64,000 nucleotides of DNA, taken from the NCBI GenBank assembly GCA_944377455.1, contig CALWEZ010000029.1, positions 1,907-65,906 on the forward strand, read 5' to 3'. Each line of letters begins with the position of its first letter. Within the stretch, counting starts at the first letter, position 1. Source of the DNA: an uncultured Clostridia bacterium (GTDB lineage Bacteria; Bacillota; Clostridia; Christensenellales; UBA1242). A program made the position numbers and the translations under genes. Positions 47,022-58,900 of this stretch are shown here, in pieces. Below the pieces are notes generated by a model. That model did no database searches. It was not told the DNA's origin and was given only the letters and a program-made list of their open reading frames with translations.

Positions 47022-47290
47022 AAAAATCGCAAAATTGACAAAAAATCGCCAAAAATACCTTAAATTTATTAAAAATTATTAAAAAAAATGATATTTTTAA
47101 TTAAATTTTATCTATTTTAATTAAAATTTTAATCAAATTTAATATTTTTATTTGATTTAATATTTTTTCCTATTTTTATATTACTTTTAAATAATAAAAA
47201 TTTTCATATTTTTTATTATATTCATTTGTATTTTTGACTTAATTTGTAGTATCATAAAGATATATAATTAATATTTAAAGGGGAAAAGAT

Positions 47291-49966
47291 ATGGTTAGAT
47301 TGATACCGAGAAAGACAAAGGTCAGATTTGAATTTTTCCGTGGAGTCACTGGGCTTGATATTTTGCTTGGAGCCATCTTCCTTGCTATCGCCATCATTCT
47401 TTTCACTGCCAACTTTGATTACCACATTTGGATAGGTCTTGCATGGGTTATTGTTGCAGTCTCCTTGTTCTTCAAGTTTGCCGACGATGTGAGATTTTAC
47501 ACCACCATGGTTTACCTATTGAAATTCATGGTGCAAAAAAAGAAATTTACAAATGACAAAGAAGGTAAGAAGGGCGACATCAACACCATTTTGCCTTATA
47601 ACGGCGTTGTTCAAGATAGATACATAGATTTTGGTATATATTACGGAATGGTGCTTGAAGTTACGCCGATGTTCTTCACGCTTTTAACCGAAAATTTTCA
47701 AGACAATGTTATAAACAGTTTTGCTAACGCGCTAAGGCGACTAAACAATGACCAAACCTGCTCAATAGTGAAGATTCGAAAACCTATGGTGCTGGATAAC
47801 TACATCCATAACGAAAATAGAAAATATGATACTCTCTATGATATGCAGTATGATGGGCAGATAACTGAAGCCGAGATAGATGCGCGTGCCCCTATCTTTG
47901 AAGAGCGTGTTTCCTTCTTTGAATACATAAACCGCCAACAAAAGATTTACAAGGATTATTTCTATATCGTTGTCTATGACCGCGACAGAGAATTACTTGA
48001 GAACACCGTCAGCGGTATGGTGACTTCTCTTGCCACATCCTTAAATCCTATAAGTTCTAAAATTTTGACTGGCAAGGACCTATACGTCTTTTTAAAGGCA
48101 AACCTAGGTAAGGAATTTGACGAAAGAGATTTGGATGTTATGCCATTCAATAAGTATAACGATTGGATAAAGCCTGAGAAGATTAAGTTCAATATCGCAA
48201 AATATAATATCGACAAGGATACATATCGCGTTTATAACATCATCGACTATCCTCTTCAAGTGGGCAATGCGTGGGCGGCGTCCTTCTTCCTTTTGGATAG
48301 AACAAAGGTTATAATGAAATTCAATCCTATGCCAAGACTCGACAGCGAAAAGCAGATTGATAAGGCTATCATGGAAATGGAGTCAAAACTCAGTAAGGCA
48401 GGGCGTAGTTCGACGCAAATTGACTATCAAACTCACCTTGAGACCTTGAGGCAACTGCTTGTCAGCCTTAAAAACAACAACGAACAACTCTATAATGTCA
48501 ACACCTTTATTGTCAGCGAAGATGCGGCGAAAAAGGATGTTAGGGCTATGCTCAAACAACAGGGCTTTAAGTATAGTGAAATGTTCTCGCGTCAGATTGA
48601 CGGCTTCATTTCTTCCAATATATCGCGTCTTGACACCATGAAATCGACTAAACGTGGTATTCCAACCACCACGCTTGCAGCCGCTTTCCCATTCATTTCG
48701 AACTCCTTGCAAGACGATAACGGCATGTATTTGGGCGACAATGAGTATCCAGTGTTTGTCGACTTCTTCAAGCGTGACCGCGAGAGAGTAAACTCCAACA
48801 TGATGATTATCGGAAAATCTGGCTCTGGAAAGAGTTACGCCACAAAGACGCTTTTGACAAATTTGGCGGCTGACAACTGTAAGATTTTCATTCTTGACCC
48901 TGAAAATGAGTATAAGACGCTGACGAGAAACTTGGGCGGAAAGTTTATTGATGTCGGCTCGTCGCTTCAAGGTATCATCAATCCTTTCCATATCATCACT
49001 TCGCTTGACGCTTCTGAGGACGAGAAGGAAGAGTATGACGAATATGGGCAACTTATCGAAAAGGAAATTGTGGAGAATGTTGACGACTCGTTCGCTCAGC
49101 ACCTTCAATTCCTTGAACAATTCTTTAGAGTGATTTTGGAAGGAATAAACTCTGACGCCTTTGAGGTTTTGAACTCGCTTATCATTGATGTATATAAGGA
49201 AAAGGGAATAGATTATAAAACAAACCTTTCTAAGTTGAAACCTGAGGACTATCCTATCTTCGACGACCTATACAACTTGATTTTGAAACGCTTAAAGACG
49301 GCGAAGGACGATTTCACTGTTAGAAACTTGATGACAGTTGAAACTTACATTAAAAAGTTTGCCACTGGCGGACGTAACAGCGCCCTTTGGAATGGACCAA
49401 CCTCCATTGAAACAAACGAAAACTTTGTCACCTTCAACTTTCAGTCGCTTGTTGCAAGTAACAACCCAACTGTCACCAACGCGCAGATGCTTCTCGTCTT
49501 TAGATACTTGAACAATGAAATCATCAACAACAAGGACTTTAACGCGAAATATCACAAAAACAGAAAGGTCATCGTTGCGGTGGATGAGGCGCACATCTTC
49601 ATCAACCCTAAATATCCAATCGCGCTTGATTTCATGGCGCAAATGGCTAAGCGTATCAGAAAGTATGGCGGTATGCAAATCGTCATCACGCAGAACCTTG
49701 CCGACTTTATCGGAACGGATGAAATTAAAAGGCAGTCAACCGCCGTTATCAACGCGTGTCAGTATTCCATGATTTTCTCGCTTGCGCCAAACGACGTGAA
49801 TGACCTAACCGAACTATACAAAAAGTCAGGCGGTATCAACGAAGAGGAACAAAACTCCATCGTCACCGCTGGCGTTGGTCAAGCATTCTTAATCACAGGT
49901 CCAACATCGAGAACGACCGTCCAAGTTGTTGCCAACGATTACATCAGACAACTCTTTGGAGGCTGA
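47291..49966 (+). CDS. VirB4-family type IV secretion/conjugation ATPase with fused N-terminal PrgI/VirB3-like membrane segment
   Basis: 891 aa. The N-terminus RLIPRKTKVRFEFFRGVTGLDILLGAIFLAIAIILF plus a second TM helix is PrgI-like. The ATPase has Walker A IIGKSGSGKSYATK, ILDPENEY, INPFHI, Walker B VIVAVDEAHIF, and RKYGGMQIVITQNLADF. Confidence 0.8.
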   Translation: MVRLIPRKTKVRFEFFRGVTGLDILLGAIFLAIAIILFTANFDYHIWIGLAWVIVAVSLFFKFADDVRFYTTMVYLLKFMVQKKKFTNDKEGKKGDINTILPYNGVVQDRYIDFGIYYGMVLEVTPMFFTLLTENFQDNVINSFANALRRLNNDQTCSIVKIRKPMVLDNYIHNENRKYDTLYDMQYDGQITEAEIDARAPIFEERVSFFEYINRQQKIYKDYFYIVVYDRDRELLENTVSGMVTSLATSLNPISSKILTGKDLYVFLKANLGKEFDERDLDVMPFNKYNDWIKPEKIKFNIAKYNIDKDTYRVYNIIDYPLQVGNAWAASFFLLDRTKVIMKFNPMPRLDSEKQIDKAIMEMESKLSKAGRSSTQIDYQTHLETLRQLLVSLKNNNEQLYNVNTFIVSEDAAKKDVRAMLKQQGFKYSEMFSRQIDGFISSNISRLDTMKSTKRGIPTTTLAAAFPFISNSLQDDNGMYLGDNEYPVFVDFFKRDRERVNSNMMIIGKSGSGKSYATKTLLTNLAADNCKIFILDPENEYKTLTRNLGGKFIDVGSSLQGIINPFHIITSLDASEDEKEEYDEYGQLIEKEIVENVDDSFAQHLQFLEQFFRVILEGINSDAFEVLNSLIIDVYKEKGIDYKTNLSKLKPEDYPIFDDLYNLILKRLKTAKDDFTVRNLMTVETYIKKFATGGRNSALWNGPTSIETNENFVTFNFQSLVASNNPTVTNAQMLLVFRYLNNEIINNKDFNAKYHKNRKVIVAVDEAHIFINPKYPIALDFMAQMAKRIRKYGGMQIVITQNLADFIGTDEIKRQSTAVINACQYSMIFSLAPNDVNDLTELYKKSGGINEEEQNSIVTAGVGQAFLITGPTSRTTVQVVANDYIRQLFGG

Positions 49967-49979
49967 TAAAAGGAGGAGT

Positions 49980-52900
49980 ATGTCAAAGCTTAAGAAAAAC
50001 ATCTTACTTAGCATTTTAACTGCAATCGCATTTGTGTTTGCAGGACTCTTTTTTGTTGGATGTAATGCAGTTGACTACTCCAATGTCACAATTTCCACAA
50101 GCGTGCCGTCGGTCGATTTGGAGGTTGGAGAGACAAGAGACATCGATTTCACGATTGAAAATGCCTCAAGTTCTTTTTATAGAGTTTTAAGATTTTCGGT
50201 TGACAATGAAAGTGTTGTCAATATCACAAATGTCAGTTACAATGACAATGTTGCCACAGTGACAGTTGCTGGACTTGCTGGCGGAAGCGTCAATTTGATG
50301 GCAACTTCGGAAGAGGGATATAAGTGGACAACAATAAGACTAAACGTTGTTGAGCACTCTTCAACTATGGAATTTAACAACAGTCAGTTGTATTTGACAA
50401 CTGGCAATGAAAATTCGCCTGTCACAAGTTTGAATTTGACGAGTAGTCATTACATATTTGACGCCAACACCACCGACAAAGATATGACCTTTTACTATCT
50501 TTATTTTAGCGAGAACTATGGCGAAAATATCGACATCTCTTCTTTGAGTTTTAGTGATTTTGATGTAAACACCACCTTCGACTTTAGCGATGTGAACAAT
50601 ATCGTTATGCCTGACGAGGTGGTTATGCAGTTTGAGGGTGAAGGCACAAGAATCTACAATCTTAATGCGATAAAATTTAATAGCGCTGAGATTGTGGATG
50701 GTGTTCTATATCTTATATATGATGGCAATGTGGTGGCGAGTAGTGACGGCGCAAGTGAAGAGCCTCTTGCTTTAAGCCTTGCAAACGCGCTTACAAATGA
50801 CAAATTCAACATAATTTCATTCTATAATTATTCGGTGTTTGAAAACTCCACCTTGAGCGTCAAAAATTATCTTCACTATACGCACGAGGTGCTTATCTAT
50901 CAAAACTTAGGCGTCACGGCATATGGCGGTTACTTAAAGACTGACGGCGAGGGTGAAGGTACGAGAAGGTCGGTGGATTTGTCGAGCCAAGTGAATTTTG
51001 ATGAAGCTTTAAAACTAATTCCTAATAACAGCCAATATGATACATATGTTTTAAAATTGACTTCGGCTATCAATCTTGATAATTTGGAGTTTGGCGTGCA
51101 AAATGTCAGCAATGACCTTTCCATTGAAACCTATGACCAAGTCTCATGGGATGAACTCGGCATTGAGGAAATAAATGCCATAGAAGGTTTAGAGAATGCT
51201 TGCTATTTGGTGATTAGAACCTCATCTTTTTCTAACAGAGAACAAAATTTAGACCTTTTTGTTAGATATGAAGGTATGGAGAATGTGGAGGACTATAACG
51301 TCAACTATAGTCCTAATGTTATGGTTGATGTCAACCTTGTCACCACAGAGATATTGTTAAATAATGTCAGTGCATCTTCCTATAGTTCGGAAGAAAATCC
51401 TATCTATATATATAATTACTATCAATTTCCAGAATTTGGGTGGATGGAACTTGATGTTTCTCTTTCAACTGGCTTAGACTCTAACGCAACTTATAGTTAC
51501 GCGACAATCACCTATGATAGTGCAATTATTGATTTTAGGCAAGGAACAAATGGAGAGGTTGTCAGTGATAGACCTATTTTAGACCTTGACACAAGTTTCT
51601 TCTATCGTGGTAGAGCGGACACTAACGAAAGTGTTGGTAATCATTTCAAAATCACAATTTATTATTTGGTTGATGAAGATGCTGGAGATATTATTTCTAT
51701 CTCTTGCGAAATTTATTTTGACATTATCGCTGGCGCTGAAAATATTACGCGTGATGAACTTTATGGCGATGCTGGCGAGATGATTTACATCGACATGCAG
51801 TCTGACGGCATGGTAAGTTTAGGTGACTATCTTTACACTGAAAGCCGTTTCCAAGAGGTGACAGTGAGACATATGTCAGGCACGAATGTGGTTTCTTTCA
51901 TTGTCGACGAAGAGTGTTGTAGGGAAAGGAGAGATGAAAACGGCAACACGTATTATGCGTTAAATCTATATGTCAATCCGCTTACCACAGGCACAGGTAT
52001 GTATCAGGTGATGCTGGATAATGGCGTGTTTGTGAGTGTCACGATAACTGTCATAGACACCTTGCAGACCGATGATTTTGGCGCCGTGTTAGTTTCGTCA
52101 GAAAATGTTGGCTATTATGAATATAAATCGACCAATTTTACTGAGGATGCCGAAGATATCTACACCAACACACTCTTACTTGAAATTTTAAACAACACGG
52201 AAGAAAACAACAACAGCCACACCATTATCTACGACAGCGAGGTTAGAATAAGATTTTATGGCAACATTGAGTCTATCTCCGAGCCTACAGTTGTCAATGG
52301 AAATGTGCTTTCAGTCGGTAGTGACGGCGAGTTGTCTTATGTTATATCGACAAGCGAAAATGGTGAGGCGTATATCACTTTTGCGGTTAATGGTAACAGC
52401 GTTGACGGCAATTTAAGGCGTGACCCATTTTCTGTGAATTATTATATAGAAGCTAAATCCTATTCGCTTTTAGATGAATTTTACCTTATGAACGAGGGAA
52501 GATATGCTGTTGATAATATTGTTTACTACGCTCAAAATCCAAATGCAAACCTGCCAAGCGAGTCCAGAAGCGTCACATTTGATGTCTATGCTGAAAACCA
52601 AGAGGCGTTCGGATTTTATAAATATAAGATAAGCGATTCGTTTATTGAAGACATCAAAAGCGGAATTGAAATTGACGGCGAACTTTCTCTTTCTAATCCA
52701 ATAGGACAGATAATAAGCGAATTGATTTCACTAGACGAACCAGCGCCTGATGGAGAAAGAACCCCTATTCTCATCGATGTGGACGAAAACTACATAACCT
52801 CTGAACTTGAATATCAACCTTATAGCCGAGACTACATTTATTTCTATGTCGACGCTAATTCGCGCTCACTTACCACTTCCGCTGAGGCGACGATAACGAT

Positions 52901-55900
52901 AAGTTCAAATGTCGGCGGTTTAACTTTGACCTATCCGTTATATCTAAACTTTGAAAATGGCATTATGTTCGACCTAGAAGATATTTCCACCACATTTATT
53001 TACAATGATGTGAAATATACCATAAATATAACATTTTCTAACATTTATGCTCTTTCTGGCAGTTCTGGCGTTCAAGGTAGATTTGATTTCAACACGTTTA
53101 CCTACACTCACTCTGCTTCAACAAGTGGCGACTTTGTGTTACACTCATACATTAGGCAACGTAATTACACTGAAATGCAATATGATGCCAACATCTTAAC
53201 CTCAGAATATATCCAGGTGGAGAGAGTAAGCACGGCATCTAGCGTCAACGAATTTGCCTTTACAAATGGATATTTGAGTGACTCGGTCATCGTCTTTGTC
53301 AATCCAACAAATGCCACAAATATTGAACTAAATGCGCAGTTTGTTGCAGATAACGCGACTTCGCGTGATTTGGTGACGACAAACATCATAGAGCAGGGCT
53401 TAGGCGTTTATCTTATTGAGATTTCGGTGGAAGATTTCTATAATACAAACAGTAGCATAATAAACACGATTGAAACTGCGCTTGCTGGAACTCTCTACAT
53501 CTATCCTATCGAGTGGGGAGAAGATTATTCGGTGCTTGGCGAACGAACGCCGATAAGAATTGACATCTCCTACAGAAATGGCTCGGAGGCGAATAGATAC
53601 ATCATAGACTCGCCAGAGGATGTGCTTGCGATAAACAACAACAAAGAGACTTTGTCTAGTCACTATGAAATTCGCACAAATATCGATATGTCAACAGTGA
53701 AGAGTGAGACTTTAGGCTTTATTGACAACGCAGGCGAAAGACAATTAGTGGGCTTCTCTGGTTCTATTGTGGGCACGACCTCACAGGCTGGTATTTCCAA
53801 CTTTAACATAACTTTAACCTCGGTTGATGAGGCGGAAAATGGAAATATTTCTGCTATAGTCTCTTCAAACACCACCTATTATGCGGGCTTGTTCGCTCAA
53901 ATAAACTACGATGGCTACATCAAGAATTTGACATTTTCTGGAACGATAAATCTTAACACCACAAATCTTTCTAACTCCAATTTCTATGTGGGCTTGCTCG
54001 CAGGCGTAAACTATGGAAAACTTTCCAATGTTGGAGCGGAAATTGTAGGTGCGTCAGAAATTTTGATTTGTAACGATGGCGAGTATGCTATCGGCGGACT
54101 TGTTGGCTTGAATGGTGTCTATACTTATAGCGTCGACGGAAATACCAACGAACATGCGGTTGGCGAAATTGTGCAAAACTTTAATTCCTATGTTGAAAAA
54201 ACGGAGGAAGAGAGCGCTTACTACACCATTGAAGATAAGGTTGGCGAATTTGAGGGACAATCGCCAAGAAATCTTGCATATTTTAATTCAAAACTCAGTA
54301 TCGTCATCGACGGCACTGGAGTAAACTCAAGCGTGTATACTGGCGGTATTGCCGGAATAAGTTATGGCGATATATATAGGATAGACAACAGCAATCTCAG
54401 CGTCTATGGTTACGCTTCATATTCAAGTTACACAAATATAGAAATTAAAAATAGCACGGAAACTAGAGATGTCACGGCGAATAGATTGTTCGCAGGTGGT
54501 GCGGTTGGCTATTTCCGAGGCGATGGCAATGTTTCGTCGAATATCATTAGAACACTTTTAGTTGATAATGATGACGATTTCTTTATCAACGATAATCCTA
54601 TCGACTACTCCAACATAAACCAAACTCCTAGGGCGACAATTTTTGACCTTTTAGTTGGTGGCGAAGTTGATGTTCAAAGCGATGCAACAACAAGCGCGGT
54701 TGGCGGAATTGTCGGATATGCTGGTGGCAACGCAAATCACGTTTACATCTTAGGAAATACATCACGAACCTTTGTTCGCGGTGAACTTAACACTGGCGGA
54801 ATTGTTGGATATGAAGGAGACACGTCGGTTAATTATCTTCTCTATGAGACAAATAGTGCTGGCGAATATGAGACAGAAACTATTGAAACAACAACCTCAC
54901 GAATTATCCTTGAAAACACAATAAACGAGATTGAAGCAGTGGACGATGGCAGAGGTGCTTTTGATAGTTCCATGATGCTTTTAAGGGGAACAGAAGAAAA
55001 ACTTGCGAGAGTCAATGAAGCGTATGGCGTCACAGCTGAGGTTATTTATGCCATTGGCAACGCATATAACAATGGAAGAAGCTATTTAACAACCACAGGC
55101 GTGACAGTTTATTATGCACTTTTTGACATATCCTCGTATGTTCAAAGAAATCTCAATGAAAGTGACGAGATTAACACCTCCGACACGTCGCTATCCAACT
55201 ATTATGGCGATTATGTGGTTTACAATGGAAACGAAAGAATTGAGCATGGTGAGTTTTTGAAGGTTGATGTAGATTTAGGCATTCAAGATAGTATCTTTGC
55301 CATGACATCGGAAACTGGCAATGAGAACGTCTTTTTGATGTTCTATTTCAGCGGAATGTTGACTGAAAATGTTGACGGCGTCGCTCAGGACTATATCGAC
55401 GAGGCATCAATTAACAGATTTTCTCCAAACTCAAGTCTCTATCCATTTGCACTAAACACGCGTGACGCGCAGATATTGTCCACATCAAACAACCTTTTGC
55501 GTGTCGATGCTGACGGAAGCTTAACCACTTATTCTAACGGACTTGCCAGTGTAAGTTTGCAATCTATCTTAAATGTTCAATCTTCAATAAATATCTATCT
55601 CTATATTGTAAACTATTTAGACACGCAGTCAGAAAATTCAGTCTTCTATGCTTCCAACACAACGAATTCGCTTAACATCATAGACGGCTCGCAGATTGTG
55701 GTCTATGGAACAAACCAAACAACGATTTATGCTGTGCCAACTTATAGCCTCGGCGATGGAAATCTTTCATATGAAACGCCTAATGGCGAAAGGGAGGAAG
55801 TTGTTATCGATGCTAACGGCACTTTCCTACTTAACAATGTCAGCATAAGGCTTAATCCAAACGAAAATGTGGTGGTTGACGCGTATTGTGAAAACCCACT

Positions 55901-58900
55901 CTACACAACCTATCAAGTCAGCGGGCAGTCGATATTGTTCTATGGAAATGGCGAAAACTTGCAGGGCTCTGACACTTATCACCTTAGTTCCTATATTGAA
56001 AGAGAAATTGACGGAAATGTTTATAGGTTACCTATAGGCGCGTCTAAGAATTTAGATAACCCTGACATTGAAATCGGCGTGGAATATCGAGAGACGGCAA
56101 CTGATATTAAGGTTTCTTCTAACCTTATCTCCATGAAAACAAACGATGTTTATAACGAGCAAATAAGCGTTACATCACGAAATGACGAATTTGTTTACTA
56201 TGAAATTTTCTTCACTGACGTAGATGGCAACGAATATAAAATTCAAAAGAGAATGAGTCAAAGTTGGGCATATGGACTTGACGAAGGCGCGTATAGTGAC
56301 TACGTTAGCGCTTATGAAAGTTACATAAGAAATGGCGTAAATTTACATAATGCTGACTTATTTAACCTATTTGTTGATAAAAACAATGTGAGTGCAAGCA
56401 ATGAATTTTCGTTTACTTTAAGCGTCAACAAGGATAGTTCGGCATATTCAAACAGAAGAAATGCGGACATCTACGGCACATATCGAATTGTTTTCTACGC
56501 CAATGAATTATATAACGGCGTCCACACAAACTTCATCTTCTATCTAAGCGAAGCGGAAATCACAAATGTGGAGGCGGTCAACTATTCTAACTACAGCGAC
56601 ATGAGTGACCGCGATGAGAACATCGTGCCTTCTCAATATGGACTATTAGAGATAAGCATCGACCCAGTGGATGCGGAATTTAACACCTTCACAATAAGAA
56701 ATAACAGCATAAACTATAGCGAAGGTGCTGGAGAGGTTGATTTCACCTTCGTTTACCAAAGCTCGTCCGACGGCGTTATACGTTATCTTCCAGATGTCAA
56801 CTTTGGCTCAACTATAAATGGCGCATTATCCTTCACCTATGAAGATTATGTGGAATATCTTGAAGAGAGAGGCGAGGTTTATAACGGAAAAATCTATGTT
56901 AGATATCTTTTGGGCTCGCTTGGCGTTCAAGATGATATGCCTATAAGATTTGATATTGAGGTTACTTACTTAAGCGGTCAAGTGGAATATGAAGAGGTGA
57001 ATTTGACAACAAAACTTGCAAATTACGCTCATCTTTCCTTTGACGACAGAGAAGAAAGTGATGTCTACTATGTGGCACGCGGACTAGAGTATGGTATGAC
57101 GCTTGACTATTATGGCTTTGGACTAAACGACATCGAAATCACGCTTTCCAGTGATGTGGCAACGCTTGAAGGTGACGGCACAAGTAGAACGCTGAATATC
57201 ACTGACAACGTCATCACTCCTAATGATGAAATCGGCTATCGTTTCTATATCTATGTGAATGCCAGCCGAATTGTCAACAACGTCAATGTGCAGTATTCGG
57301 AAATTTTGACGGTATATATCATGGAATTTGTGCTTGATTATCAATATTTTGAGGGACAAAATGAGGACATTGTGCATGGCATGGAAGAAGGCGTAATAAG
57401 CACTGCGGTCGGAAATGCCTACACGCTTGAAATCGATATTTGGGACTATATTGAATATGACCAAACAAACAACTCAGTTATAAGAAATGTGCAGGAGTTT
57501 ATTAATTCCTTAACAAACAACGCAACCTTTAAAATTTATGACTCGTCCACTGGCAGAGATGGTTTGGCGCTTAATGCAAACACCGATATTCGAAGTGATT
57601 ACTACTATATTAATGGACTTGTCTTTACTGGAATTAGGCTCTATGAGCCAGAACAAGACATCTATCATTTCTCTGTGGAAGCGAACTTTGTTAGAAGGAA
57701 TGGTCTGTATGTGGTTGACACTGTGGGGGCGATTGATAGTCAAAGAATTTACACAGAATTTGCCTTCAATATTCACCAGCAATCGACAAACGAAAGTCCT
57801 CTTCCTATTGAGACCTATGAAGAGTTTATGAATATGGAGGATAATCAATATTACATTCTCTTAAACGACATAACTTTGCCAAACAACAACAGCATCAATC
57901 CTTTCACGCCAATAACGGCAAATATTGCAGGTTTTGATGGCAATGGCTACTCGCTTTTACTTGGCGGAAACTACACCTTTGATGGTAGCAGTATCGGCAT
58001 CTTTGAAACAATAGGCTCAACAAATGACGACGCGGTGGTTAGAAATATGACCGTTGAACTATACGCAAACACAATCTTCACCGTCACAAGTTCAAGTTTC
58101 ACCTTAGGCTTAATCGCAGGTGTAAATAATGGCGTCATCACAAACAGCGAGGTTATTGCAAACAATGCTTCTGCACTCTCTGTTGCTTGCACGGCGTCAA
58201 CAGGCTCATATGTTGCAGGATTTGTGGGAAGAAACAGCGGAATCATCACAAATTCGCGAAGCTCTGTCAGCGTTTACTCAAATGTCAATCTTGCTGGCTT
58301 TGTTGGAAACAACTCTGGCACAATCTCTTCTTCATATTTCTATGGCGGAGCGTTGAGAAACGAAACGACCACAACGACGGAATATACTGCAGGCTTTGTT
58401 GTGACAAATAGTGGTGAGATAAACACCTCGTATGTGTCAGGCGCGGTTGAAGGCGAAGAGGTTTACAGCCATGACACACTTAGTTTCATCACCTCTCATA
58501 ACGCTATCTCTGGCTTTGTGTTCATAAATTCAGGTGAGGTTTCAAACTCTTATTCCAACATTCATATGGACAACACAAGTTCCTACGCAGCGGGCTTTGT
58601 GTTCAATAATCAAGGCTCTGGAAGAGTAAGTTCGTCCTTCTCAACAAGCGTGCTCACAAGCAACAGCACTCTTAGTTACGGCTTTGCAAGAGCGAACACT
58701 GGCACTATTCAAGACGCTTACTACTTGAGTGATAGTGACGAAAATATCAATGTAAGTATTGCAACCATTGAAAATAATGCAAACTCATCTATTGAAGCAC
58801 TGACTATGGAAGAATTTAATATAAACGATGAAGATTTTTCCGAGCATTTCCAAAACTTTGTTTATTCTTCTGGCAGAGGCTATAACGCTGTTTGGTTCTA

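Noticed and set aside
46150-47060. Recurrent A-tract plus CG-core motifs (AAAAATCGC, AAAATGCGAAAA, AAAATCGCGATTTT) occur in several intergenic regions: 32950-33040, 43680-43740, 44850-44880, 46150-46200 and 47022-47050. These include both flanks of the PRC-barrel-like gene.
   Set aside because: - The sequence is low-complexity A/T-rich.
- The conserved core is at most 9 nt.
- Spacing is inconsistent (19 versus 21 nt).
- It does not match the Spo0A box TGNCGAA.
Without a genome-wide motif enrichment test this cannot be told apart from compositional bias.
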